64,000 nucleotides of DNA, taken from assembly GCA_964617625.1 (NCBI GenBank), contig CAZTZL010000007.1, positions 1,278 through 65,277 on the forward strand, written 5' to 3'. Position 1 is the stretch's first letter, and every line of letters begins with the position of its first letter. The translations under genes and the position numbers were made by a program. Shown one piece after another: positions 1-9,341 of this stretch. The DNA is from an uncultured bacterium (lineage in GTDB: Bacteria; Zhuqueibacterota; QNDG01; DSAB01). The notes below the pieces were generated by a model that worked only from the letters and a program-made list of their open reading frames with translations, was not told the origin of the DNA and searched no databases.

Positions 1-232
1 TTTTTCGAGAAGGTGAGAGTAATATTTTAAGAAGCAGGTGAGACACTCCTCTGTCTCAGATTCCGAAGTTACGGGATCTGAGGGTTCCCCGGCACAAAGA
101 TTGTCCCGAATGATCGGTACAGGCCGGGGCAAGCTCAAAAAGGGAAGATAGTATTGAACAGATTTATTATAGTACTTTGCCTCTTGTTCGATTGATCTTC
201 GGATTCCAGGAGGTGCTATCTTATAAAAATGT

Positions 233-269
233 AACCTCCAGAAGGTTTACAACCTTTGGGAGGTTTTTT
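233..269. terminator. Intrinsic terminator-like hairpin
   Basis: AACCTCC-agaaggtt-tac-aacctttg-GGAGGTT followed by TTTT; the minus strand also has a T-run after the stem. Confidence 0.55.
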
Positions 270-585
270 ATTGACATTCCTCCTTTTCCGGTTCTTCGGA
301 ATCGGAAGTTCTTCCCCTGCTAATATAATACTCCGAAGGTTCGGGACAGGCTCTAAAAATGGGAGATAATATTGTAAATGATTATAATAGCACCTTGACA
401 TTCTCATTCCTTTTAAGTATATTTTTTACAAATTGATACACAGCTTACAGACTTGCCTTAATTTCACTTAAACAAAATTATAAAGATGATAATCTTTCTT
501 AAAACTGTATTAACCTGATTACATACTGCGAATATAAATTCGAAGTATGTATAAAAATTATACGGATTTTTTTTTATAATGGGAG

Positions 586-1239
586 TTGTCTATGCAAATA
601 AGTGAGATATTCAAACGAGTTGGAAAACTGAAAGTATTTCCTGTCATCACAATTGAGAATACCGAACATGCCGTTCCTCTTGCGGATGCTCTCATAGAAG
701 GCGGGCTGCCCGTTATTGAAATTACGTTTCGTACCAATGTTGCAGCGAATGTGATACAAATGTTGCGGCAGGAGCGGCCCGATTTGCTGGTTGGCGCAGG
801 AACGATTCTAACTGTTGAAAATGTAAGAAAGGCGAAAGATTGCGGCGCTGCTTTCGGGGTAGCACCGGGATTCAATCGAAAGGTTGCAGAGGAGGCGTTG
901 CGTTTGGATTTTCCTTTTTCACCCGGTGTGATGACGCCCACGGATATTGAAGCGGCTCTTGATCTGGGAATCAAAGTGTTGAAATTTTTTCCGGCCGAAG
1001 CAATGGGAGGGATCAACACACTCAAACAGATAGCCGCACCTTATCTGCATACCGGTGTTCGTTTTATACCACTGGGGAAGATTAATCTGAACAATTTTCA
1101 GGAGTATCTAAAAAACGATTTTGTATTGGCAATCGGCGGGTCGTGGATTGCCAGAATTGACCGGATTGCTGCAGGAGATTGGGAAACTATCAAACAAAAT
1201 TGCAGGGAGATCAGGCATCTTTTGGATGGACCAGAATGA
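586..1239 (+). CDS. eda: KDPG/KHG aldolase
   Basis: 217 aa; GLPVIEITFRT, VGAGT, PG..TPTDI and LKFFPAE (Schiff-base Lys) motifs; next to kduI/kduD. Confidence 0.92.
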   Translation: MSMQISEIFKRVGKLKVFPVITIENTEHAVPLADALIEGGLPVIEITFRTNVAANVIQMLRQERPDLLVGAGTILTVENVRKAKDCGAAFGVAPGFNRKVAEEALRLDFPFSPGVMTPTDIEAALDLGIKVLKFFPAEAMGGINTLKQIAAPYLHTGVRFIPLGKINLNNFQEYLKNDFVLAIGGSWIARIDRIAAGDWETIKQNCREIRHLLDGPE

Positions 1240-1392
1240 AGCTAAAGGATCGATTTATTTGTGTGAGGACGTGATCATGGAATAGAAACATTGTCGGATA
1301 CAGTAATAGTTTATAGATCATTTAGTGAGTAACAAAAATTTTAAAAAAGGGGGTGTGACCAGCATGATTTAATAATTTAGATTTATTAGGTC

Positions 1393-1644
1393 ATGAAAAA
1401 CAAGCCATTAATTAAACACAAAAAACGAAAAATAATTGAGTGCTTTAGTTTAGGACTAACGATAACTTAAACAGCTCAATTATTAGGTGTTAATCACATT
1501 ACAATTAACAAATACTTCTTTCAATTCAGACAAGCCATAGCTTTTCATCAAGAACAACAGCTAAACCATTTCATGCTAGATGCGGATTTAAAACCAGTGG
1601 ATAAGAATGATATATCTGTCAAGATTGTTCTCTGGGATAGTTAA
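1393..1644 (+). pseudogene. IS1595-family (IS1016-like) transposase N-terminal remnant
   Basis: Manual translation: MKNKPLIKHKKRKIIECFSLGLTIT*TAQLLGVNHITINKYFFQFRQAI..., with an in-frame TAA at 1468-1470. It resembles the IS1016 N-terminal HTH, has no DDE domain and lies in an AT-rich patch. Confidence 0.6.
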
Positions 1645-1841
1645 TTTAGTTACCAGTAAAAAGATTAAAATAGATGTTGGCAAATATTGAAATTGATCTA
1701 GTTCGACTGCTTTTTCTTTTGATTTTTCCGAAAAATTAATACATTAAATGAATCCTATTTAAAACCCTGATGATTGGCATCAGATGGTCCAAACAGAAGA
1801 AGATTCGAACGAAAATTTCTGTTTCAGAAAGGATGTTTGTT

Positions 1842-2669
1842 ATGAAAAGTAGATATGTTTCCGATCGGGTTCGGTATCAGCGAATGAACGCGGAAGAGCT
1901 GCGGGAATCGTATCTTGTCGATTTGTTCACTCCCGGTGAACTGGAGCTTGTATATACAGATGTGGATCGTGCAATTGTCGGATCCGCAGTACCTTTGAAA
2001 AAAACGTTGACCCTCGCTTCTGCCAAAAAACTGGCCGCCGAATATTTTGCGGAGCGGCGCGAAATCGGTGTGATCAATATCGGTCAAGCAGGTTCCGTGA
2101 CCGTCGATAGACAAACATATAAAATGGGTTATTTGGATGGACTTTATGTCGGTCGGGAATCCAAAGAAATCATATTCAAGAGCAATGATGCCAGGAATCC
2201 CGCCCGCTTCTACATACTCAGCTATCCGGCGCATACGGCCTATCCGACCACACATATTCAGCTCGATGATGCGGTTCACACGAAAATGGGTTCCATGGAA
2301 GAATCCAACGCAAGGACGATTCATAAATATATACTCCCGGGAAAAGTGAAAAGCTGTCAACTGGTCATGGGAGTCACGCTGCTGGAATCCGGAAGCGTCT
2401 GGAACACAATGAGCGCCCATACTCACGAACGCCGTACGGAAATCTACTGTTATTTCGATATCGGGGTCAATGATGTTGTGTTTCATTATATGGGCATGCC
2501 CGACGAAACACGACACATCGTGGTGCGGAACGGGCAGGCGGTGATTTCCCCGAGTTGGTCGATTCATGCGGGATGCGGCACAAGAAAGTACGCGTTTATC
2601 TGGGGCATGGGCGGCGAAAACCAGGCGTTTGATGATATGGACGGCGTGGCGATGGATATGATTCGATAA
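1842..2669 (+). CDS. kduI: 5-dehydro-4-deoxy-D-glucuronate isomerase
   Basis: ERREIGVINIG, CQLVMG.T.L..GSVWNTM.AHTH.RR.E.Y.YF, SPSWSIHAG.GT..Y.FIWGMGGENQ.FDDMD; start moved to ATG 1842 after a GAAAGGA RBS. Confidence 0.95.
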   Translation: MKSRYVSDRVRYQRMNAEELRESYLVDLFTPGELELVYTDVDRAIVGSAVPLKKTLTLASAKKLAAEYFAERREIGVINIGQAGSVTVDRQTYKMGYLDGLYVGRESKEIIFKSNDARNPARFYILSYPAHTAYPTTHIQLDDAVHTKMGSMEESNARTIHKYILPGKVKSCQLVMGVTLLESGSVWNTMSAHTHERRTEIYCYFDIGVNDVVFHYMGMPDETRHIVVRNGQAVISPSWSIHAGCGTRKYAFIWGMGGENQAFDDMDGVAMDMIR

Positions 2670-2697
2670 TATTGAATTCAAGATTATAGGAGAACCA

Positions 2698-3459
2698 ATG
2701 ATTTTAGATCAATTCAAACTGGACGGGAAGGTGGCGGTTGTCACCGGAGCATCGCGCGGGCTTGGGCAGGCCATAGCCATCGCTCTGGCCGAGGCGGGCG
2801 CGGATGTGGCTCTTGTAGACATCCTATCTATGGATGAAACGAAAAAGACAATTACGGATCTTGGCCGGAAATGTACGGCTATTACCGCAGATCTCAAAAA
2901 ACTCGATTCTGTGGATGATATTGTCCATACGACTGTTAAGGAACTGGGACGGCTGGATATTCTTTTCAATAACGCGGGCATTATCCGCCGCGCGCCTCTT
3001 ACTGAATTCTCGGAAAAAGACTGGGACGATGTGATCAATATCAACCAGAAGACGCTTTTCTTCTTGAGCCAGGCCGCTGCCAAACAAATGATCAAACAGG
3101 GTGAGGGCGGCAAGATTATCAATACGGCTTCCATGCTTTCTTTCCAGGGCGGCATTCTGGTGCCTTCCTACACCGCTTCCAAATCAGCCGTGATGGGGCT
3201 GACCCGGCTGATGGCCAATGAACTGGCTCCTCATAAAATCAATGTCAACGCGATTGCGCCTGGATATATGGCTACGGACAACACAGCGCCTTTGCGCGCC
3301 GATGCCAATCGCAGCAAGTCTATCCTGGATAGGATTCCGGCTGGGCGCTGGGGAGAACCCAAGGATTTGCAGGGTGTTGCAGTCTTTTTGGCTTCCGAAG
3401 CATCCGCTTATCTGCAGGGTTATACAATTGCTGTGGATGGTGGATGGCTTGCCCGTTAA
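2698..3459 (+). CDS. kduD: 2-dehydro-3-deoxy-D-gluconate 5-dehydrogenase (SDR)
   Basis: TGASRGLG, NNAGIIRR, ASMLSFQGGI.VPSYTASK, RIPAGRWG; directly follows kduI. Confidence 0.93.
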   Translation: MILDQFKLDGKVAVVTGASRGLGQAIAIALAEAGADVALVDILSMDETKKTITDLGRKCTAITADLKKLDSVDDIVHTTVKELGRLDILFNNAGIIRRAPLTEFSEKDWDDVININQKTLFFLSQAAAKQMIKQGEGGKIINTASMLSFQGGILVPSYTASKSAVMGLTRLMANELAPHKINVNAIAPGYMATDNTAPLRADANRSKSILDRIPAGRWGEPKDLQGVAVFLASEASAYLQGYTIAVDGGWLAR

Positions 3460-3483
3460 TCATTGAATCAAGGAGAATTCATC

Positions 3484-4362
3484 ATGAAAAAATTGCTATT
3501 CATACTATTGATTTCCAGAAGCTTTTCCGTGAGTCAGGCTCAAAACAACACAGATATCAGTCTGTTTATGAAAGCGGATAGCGCCACTTATTTAAACGAG
3601 GTGAGTTCTAAATCGGGCGACCTGTTTCAAACCGTCGGTCATCATGGTCCTGCTGTCGAAAACGAATGGATGGGGATTCGTATCTATTTCGACAAAAAAG
3701 CAGCCATTGATATCTACTCAAAAACAAAACCGGGCCTCGAGCTCAAACAGGCTCGCTGGTACCCTACCATTGAACAACAAAAAAATGGATGGGGAGCCGA
3801 TTATTACAAAGTAGGCGCAACTGTTGGTTTGGGAGGGGTACGTTTATGGGACGGTAAACAGGTCGTTCCGCTTAATCCAGTGACAAACCGGACCGCCCGG
3901 GTTGTAAAAGAAAAAATCTCATCTTATATGGAAATGCTTTCGGAAGGTGTGCCCTGCAAGGATCGAACAGTGGATATTTTAGTCCGTGTGACGGTTTTTT
4001 CTGGGGTCAGAGAAGCCAAAGTTGAAGCCTTTGCCTTAACTGATTTACCGGTGCAATTTGTTACAGGAATCAACTATCATAAGGGAGAGGAAGTTCAAAA
4101 TTATGATGGATTAATTGCGACATGGGGCATACATCCCGAAGATGTCGCGGCCGAGCCGATTCAATTGGGCGCAGCCATTATCTATCAACCCTCCGATTAT
4201 ATCGATGAACAAGATGACGGAACGCAAATATTGTTAATTTCGAAACCGGGCAAAGAGTTAACCACCTGGATTTCTTCTGCCAATGAAAAAGAAGCAGAAT
4301 TGAATACAATGGAAAAATTTCTTCATTCCCTAAACATTGAAAAGTATGCAAAGAAAAATTGA
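3484..4362 (+). CDS. DUF4861-family secreted protein
   Basis: Signal peptide; GPAVENEW.G.R.YFD...IDIYSK and DYYKVG..VGLGG motifs; AAGGAGA RBS before ATG 3484. Confidence 0.7.
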   Translation: MKKLLFILLISRSFSVSQAQNNTDISLFMKADSATYLNEVSSKSGDLFQTVGHHGPAVENEWMGIRIYFDKKAAIDIYSKTKPGLELKQARWYPTIEQQKNGWGADYYKVGATVGLGGVRLWDGKQVVPLNPVTNRTARVVKEKISSYMEMLSEGVPCKDRTVDILVRVTVFSGVREAKVEAFALTDLPVQFVTGINYHKGEEVQNYDGLIATWGIHPEDVAAEPIQLGAAIIYQPSDYIDEQDDGTQILLISKPGKELTTWISSANEKEAELNTMEKFLHSLNIEKYAKKN

Positions 4363-4769
4363 CTTCTATTCATTTACTATTTAATATAACATAGTAATTT
4401 TGTGGCATGCATAATTATAAAGGAATTCTACTGATTGGATCGACATTTGACGTATCGTAAAGCAACCAAAGAAAGATGGACCGAGGATGAATTGAGAAAG
4501 TGTTACGAAAATGAGCAATGAAGGTGTCATTTTCGTGAATATCAAAAATCATCATTATAAAAGATATTTAAGATTTGTCAGGTTGAAAATATATGTTTTT
4601 CTACCTTTATTTTACTTTCCCAAAATATAATTATAATAACTAATATTAATCTTTATGGTTTCGCACTTGCATTTTCCCGTCAAGTTTTATTATATTAATT
4701 TACGTTTGTTCTGAATTCTGATTCCAGATTGCAGTTTTAAGAATTAAAAATATATTTTTTTTGGATGAA

Positions 4770-4787
4770 TGCGAAAACGTTTTCGCA
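4770..4787. promoter_or_regulatory. LacI-family-type operator
   Basis: Perfect 18-bp palindrome TGCGAAAACGTTTTCGCA with central CG, about 90 bp upstream of the SSS gene. Confidence 0.65.
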
Positions 4788-4873
4788 ATATTTTCATTTC
4801 ATTGCAGGTATCAAAACCAAGTGGAGCAGGTGTATCAATCCGTTTTTGTTTTCTTGTATTAAGTTGAAAGATC

Positions 4874-6670
4874 TTGGCGATGCAAATCCATGCTCTTGAT
4901 ATTGCGATTATTCTAATATATCTGATTGCTGTCATTGTGATAGGATTTCTGGTCTCCCGTCGCGCAGGTCAGAATATGGACTCCTATTTTCTTGGAGGGA
5001 AAACGCTGCCGTGGTACGTGCTGGGGATTGCCAATGCTTCTTCGATGTTTGACATCACCGGAACAATGTGGCTCGTCTACATTCTATTCGTATACGGATT
5101 GAAGGGATGCTGGATGCCCTGGCTGTGGCCGACATTCAATCAAATCTTTTTAATGATTTACCTGGCCGTTTGGATTCGCCGTTCCAATGTATTGACCGGA
5201 GCCGAATGGATTTCCACACGTTTCGGCCGCGGAAAGGGAGGAGAGTTATCAAGGATCAGTGTGGTTATATTTGCTATCATCAGTGTTATCGGTTTTTTAA
5301 CGTATGCCTTTCAGGGCATTGGAAAATTCGCCTCAGTCTTCTTTCCGTGGGACATTTCGCCGAACACATATGCGGTCATCTTTATGACAATCACGACTGT
5401 TTATGTCATTGTCGGCGGGATGTACAGTGTGGTCCTGACCGATCTGCTTCAGTTTACGATTCTTGCAATTGCGTCCGTTTTTATCGGAATCATCGCTATC
5501 CATAAAGTATCTCCGGAGGCGCTGTCCGCAGTTATTCCGGCGGGATGGAAAAATATATTCTTCGGATGGAAGCTCAACTTAGACTGGTCGGGAGTACTCA
5601 ATTTTGTTAATAATCAGATCAATTCGGATGGATATTCGTTCATCACAATTATCATCATGATGATGCTTTTTAAGGGAGTGCTCCAAAGCATGGCCGGGCC
5701 CGCACCGAATTACGATATGCAGCGCGTGCTTGCCACGAGAAAGCCGAAGGAATCCGCATTGATGAGCGGAATTGTTTCTATTTGTCTCTTTCCAAGATGG
5801 ATCATGGTCAGCGGCATTACGATTTTAGCACTTGTTTTTTTCAGCCCGCAGATCAAGGCAATGGGATCGAATATAGATTTTGAAATGATTCTCCCGTATA
5901 TCATCAACAATTTCATCCCGACAGGCCTTTTGGGTTTGCTGTTGGCCGGTCTTTTGGCTGCATTCATGTCCACGTTTGATGCTACGGTTAATGCCGGTGC
6001 AGCCTATATTGTCAATGACATTTACAAACGGTATATCAACTCCAAAGCTTCTGATAGAAAATACGTAACCATCAGTTATCTGAGCTCGATAGGGATTGTC
6101 ATTGTCGGGATGATTTTTGGTTTTATGGCGAGATCGATCAATGATGTAATGCAGTGGCTATTTGCTGGATTGTATGGGGGGTACGCCGCGCCTAACCTTC
6201 TGAAATGGTACTGGTGGCGATTAAATGGTAAAGGCTTTTTCTGGGGGATGATTTCCGGAACGGCTGCAGCTCTGTTTTTTCCGCTTGTATTTCCAGAATT
6301 GTCGCCTCTTTTTAGTTTTCCTTTTATTTTACTTATTTCGGCAGGAGCGAGTATTATCGCCAGTTTGTTAACCCGGCCGGAAGATGAAAAAGTTCTCAAG
6401 TCATTTTACAGGAATGTTCGGCCCTGGGGATTCTGGAGTCCAATTCATCAGAAGGTAATTCAGGAAGCACCCGAGTTCAAACAAAACAGGGCTTTCAAGC
6501 GGGATTTGATCAATGTCGTCGTCGGCATTGTCTGGCAAATGACGCTTATTGTGATTCCGGTTTATCTTGTTATTCGTGAGATGAAGGCCATGTGGATTGC
6601 AGTCGGGATTCTCTTTATGGCTTCAGTCTTTTTAAAGAAAAACTGGTACGATAAATTGAAAGAAAATTAA
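4874..6670 (+). CDS. Sodium:solute symporter (probable manno-oligosaccharide importer)
   Basis: About 14 hydrophobic segments; SYFLGGKTLPW and GLLAAFMSTFD SSS motifs; mannan-cluster context; start may be ATG 4880. Confidence 0.88.
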   Translation: MAMQIHALDIAIILIYLIAVIVIGFLVSRRAGQNMDSYFLGGKTLPWYVLGIANASSMFDITGTMWLVYILFVYGLKGCWMPWLWPTFNQIFLMIYLAVWIRRSNVLTGAEWISTRFGRGKGGELSRISVVIFAIISVIGFLTYAFQGIGKFASVFFPWDISPNTYAVIFMTITTVYVIVGGMYSVVLTDLLQFTILAIASVFIGIIAIHKVSPEALSAVIPAGWKNIFFGWKLNLDWSGVLNFVNNQINSDGYSFITIIIMMMLFKGVLQSMAGPAPNYDMQRVLATRKPKESALMSGIVSICLFPRWIMVSGITILALVFFSPQIKAMGSNIDFEMILPYIINNFIPTGLLGLLLAGLLAAFMSTFDATVNAGAAYIVNDIYKRYINSKASDRKYVTISYLSSIGIVIVGMIFGFMARSINDVMQWLFAGLYGGYAAPNLLKWYWWRLNGKGFFWGMISGTAAALFFPLVFPELSPLFSFPFILLISAGASIIASLLTRPEDEKVLKSFYRNVRPWGFWSPIHQKVIQEAPEFKQNRAFKRDLINVVVGIVWQMTLIVIPVYLVIREMKAMWIAVGILFMASVFLKKNWYDKLKEN

Positions 6671-6696
6671 AGTGAAAATATGGGATAAAATCCGAT

Positions 6697-7908
6697 ATGA
6701 ATAAAAAAACACTGGATCAATTCAAAAAAGAAATATCACGGGAATTAACTGAAAATATTGTCCCTTTCTGGATAGGGCGGACACTCGATGAATCCTATGG
6801 CGGATTTGTCGGAAGAATCACACACGATTCCCGTATCGAGCCGGAGGCTCCAAAAGGATTGATCCTGAATTCGCGAATTCTGTGGACATTTTCCGCCCTG
6901 TACCGGTATTTCAAGAATTCGGATTATTTAAGAATCGCGCAACGCGCTTTTGAATATTTGATAAAAAAGTTTCAGGATAGGGATTTCGGCGGTTATTACT
7001 GGATGCTGGATTATCGCGGGGAACCTCTGAATGATAAAAAGAAAATTTACGGACAGGCTTTTATGATTTATGCTTTGTCCGAATACAGTATGGCGATAGA
7101 GGATCAATCTATCGTTGATATGGCCAGGGATCTTTTTAGGCTGATTGAGACCAAATCTCATGATGATGAATACGGGGGGTATTTTGAATCCTACAACCGC
7201 GACTGGACGCTGTCAAAAGATTTACGTCTCAGTGACAAAGACATGGACGAGAAGAAGTCGATGAATACCCATCTTCATATGATGGAGGCCTATACCAATC
7301 TGTATCGAATCTGGAAATCGGATGAAGTCAAAATCGCTTTAAAAAGTTTGATCGAAATTTTTTTAACCCGTATTATTGATCCTCAATTGAATTGTTTCAG
7401 ATTGTTTTTTGACGAAAAGTGGACGTCAAAAACAAATATGATTTCTTTCGGACATGATATAGAAGGCGGCTGGCTTTTAATAGAAGCCGCAGAAGTGCTT
7501 GGGGATCCGGAAATAATAAAATCAGTCAAAGCAAGAGTGATTCAAATGGCTACGGCTGTCGAAGCCTATGGATTGGATAAGGATGGAGGACTTCAGTATG
7601 AAGGCAGTCCCGAGGGTCCCATCGATACGGACAAGCACTGGTGGCCTCAGGCAGAAGCAGTGGTCGGATTTTTAAACAGTTATCAGATTTCAAAAGAAGA
7701 ACATTTTCTTAATATTGCTTACCGCTCCTGGAAGTATATCGAAAAATATATTGTGGATCAAAAAAACGGTGAATGGATCTGGAGAGTTACAAAGGAAGGA
7801 AAGCCTGTCACGAGTGATTACAAAGTTTCCGAGTGGAAGGGGCCCTATCACAATGCACGGGCGTGTATGGAGATTATAAACCGATTGGATGTTTTGCTGT
7901 TGGGATAG
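6697..7908 (+). CDS. AGE-family epimerase (cellobiose/mannobiose 2-epimerase)
   Basis: KGLILNSRILWTFS, KSMNTHLH.MEAYT, SFGHDIE..WL, WWPQAEAVVGF, WKGPYHN.RAC. Confidence 0.88.
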   Translation: MNKKTLDQFKKEISRELTENIVPFWIGRTLDESYGGFVGRITHDSRIEPEAPKGLILNSRILWTFSALYRYFKNSDYLRIAQRAFEYLIKKFQDRDFGGYYWMLDYRGEPLNDKKKIYGQAFMIYALSEYSMAIEDQSIVDMARDLFRLIETKSHDDEYGGYFESYNRDWTLSKDLRLSDKDMDEKKSMNTHLHMMEAYTNLYRIWKSDEVKIALKSLIEIFLTRIIDPQLNCFRLFFDEKWTSKTNMISFGHDIEGGWLLIEAAEVLGDPEIIKSVKARVIQMATAVEAYGLDKDGGLQYEGSPEGPIDTDKHWWPQAEAVVGFLNSYQISKEEHFLNIAYRSWKYIEKYIVDQKNGEWIWRVTKEGKPVTSDYKVSEWKGPYHNARACMEIINRLDVLLLG

Positions 7909-7917
7909 AAATGGAGA

Positions 7918-8310
7918 ATGCAGTTTCTTATGAACAATCAAACATTCAGTAAAAATATAAAACAGCTTCTGAAAAAACATCAAACACTCATCAATAGAAA
8001 AAATAAACCAGTCAAGTATAGTAATGGTTTATTTCAGCGGTATCAATTTCCAGTTTTGACAGGGCAACATACCCCTGTGTTCTGGCGATATGATCTAAAT
8101 TATAAAACCAATCCTTTTTTAATGGAACGCATCGGGATCAACAGCGCATTTAATCCGGGAGCAATCGAACTTGATGGAAAAATTCTGCTTATCGCACGCG
8201 TGGAAGGGGTTGACCGTAAATCCTTTTTTGCCGTAGCTGAAAGTACATCCGGTGTAGATCGATTTCAATTTTGGGACTATCCGATTCAACTGCCTGAAAC
8301 TGGTGATCCA
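7918..8310 (+). pseudogene. mgp: GH130 4-O-beta-D-mannosyl-D-glucose phosphorylase, N-terminal third only
   Basis: RY..PVLT..HTPVFWRYDLN..TNPFLMERIGIN and RVEG.DRKSFFAVAES match Mgp. Homology ends at PETGDP (8310); the ORF runs on 15 unrelated codons to a stop at 8358. Confidence 0.8.
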
Positions 8311-9223
8311 TTATTGGGTCTGGTCCGGCGGAATGGTGCAGTATCTCTCCTGGTTTGAAGAAGTGCCCGTCCCGAATCCTTTCCTGAGACAATATTCATG
8401 GCCCGAATTTATGGTGTTCAACGCCCGGTTCTATTCCCGTCAGGAAGCCAACTCGGCTTATCGCAAATACATTAAAAAACTGATCGCCCGTGTGAATACG
8501 GTTACTGGAATCAAATATCGGGATGATCCAGTGATCATGTCCTGGCAGCTGGCCAATGAACCACGTCCCGCTCCCGGAGGGTCGGGAAATAAAAATGATA
8601 CAGTCTTTGTACAATGGATCAGGGAAACTGCGGACTATATCCGTTCGATCGATTCGAACTATTTAATATCCACAGGAAACGAAGGTACGATGGGATGCCT
8701 CGGTTCCGTGAAAGTTTATCTGGATATCCATCGTCTGAAAAACATTGATTACATGGCCGTACATTTGTGGATTTTAAATTGGCAGCGGTTCGATCCATTG
8801 CATCCAGAGAAATCATATCCAGAGGCAGAGAAAAAAGCCGTCAATGATCTCAATCAGCACATCCGTTTTGCAGAAGAAGTCGGCAAACCTCTCGCTCTTG
8901 AGGAGTTTGGTATTTCCTGGGATTTACATTCGTTTTCGCCGGATTCCGGAACAATTTATCGAAATCGCTATTATAATACCGTGTTCGATTTGATTTACAG
9001 GAATGTAAAAGCCGGGGGACCTTTTATCGGAAGTAATTTTTGGACGTGGGGAGGGATTGGCAAAGCGAGGGATCCCGATGGAGCAGTATGGCGCAGAGGA
9101 GATGAATTCACAGGAGATCCTCCGCAAGAACCGCAGGGACGGAATTCGGTTTTTGCGACCGATTCGTTGACGATCGAAGTTATTAAAACGTACAGTGCAT
9201 TAATGAATGGTCTTTGCCAATAA
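8309..9223 (+). pseudogene. GH5 beta-mannanase lacking its N-terminus
   Basis: YWVWSGGM.QY, WQLANEPR (acid/base) and LEEFG (nucleophile) are present; signal peptide, first barrel strands and RBS are absent. Confidence 0.78.
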
Positions 9224-9341
9224 TGGCTTTGATTAGAACAGCGGATGTTTGAAAATATAAATAGAGTATAAATATTTTTATTGGAATATTGTCTCTTTTC
9301 CAATATATTATTACAGCAATTAAACATAGAAAGGGAAACCC

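Noticed and set aside
216-407. 63-aa minus-strand ORF
   Set aside because: Runs through hairpins and the terminator, has no RBS or family motif; better explained as non-coding repeat sequence
7918-9223. Programmed frameshift giving a GH130-GH5 fusion enzyme
   Set aside because: No slippery site; both halves lack essential parts, so a fusion would not rebuild either fold
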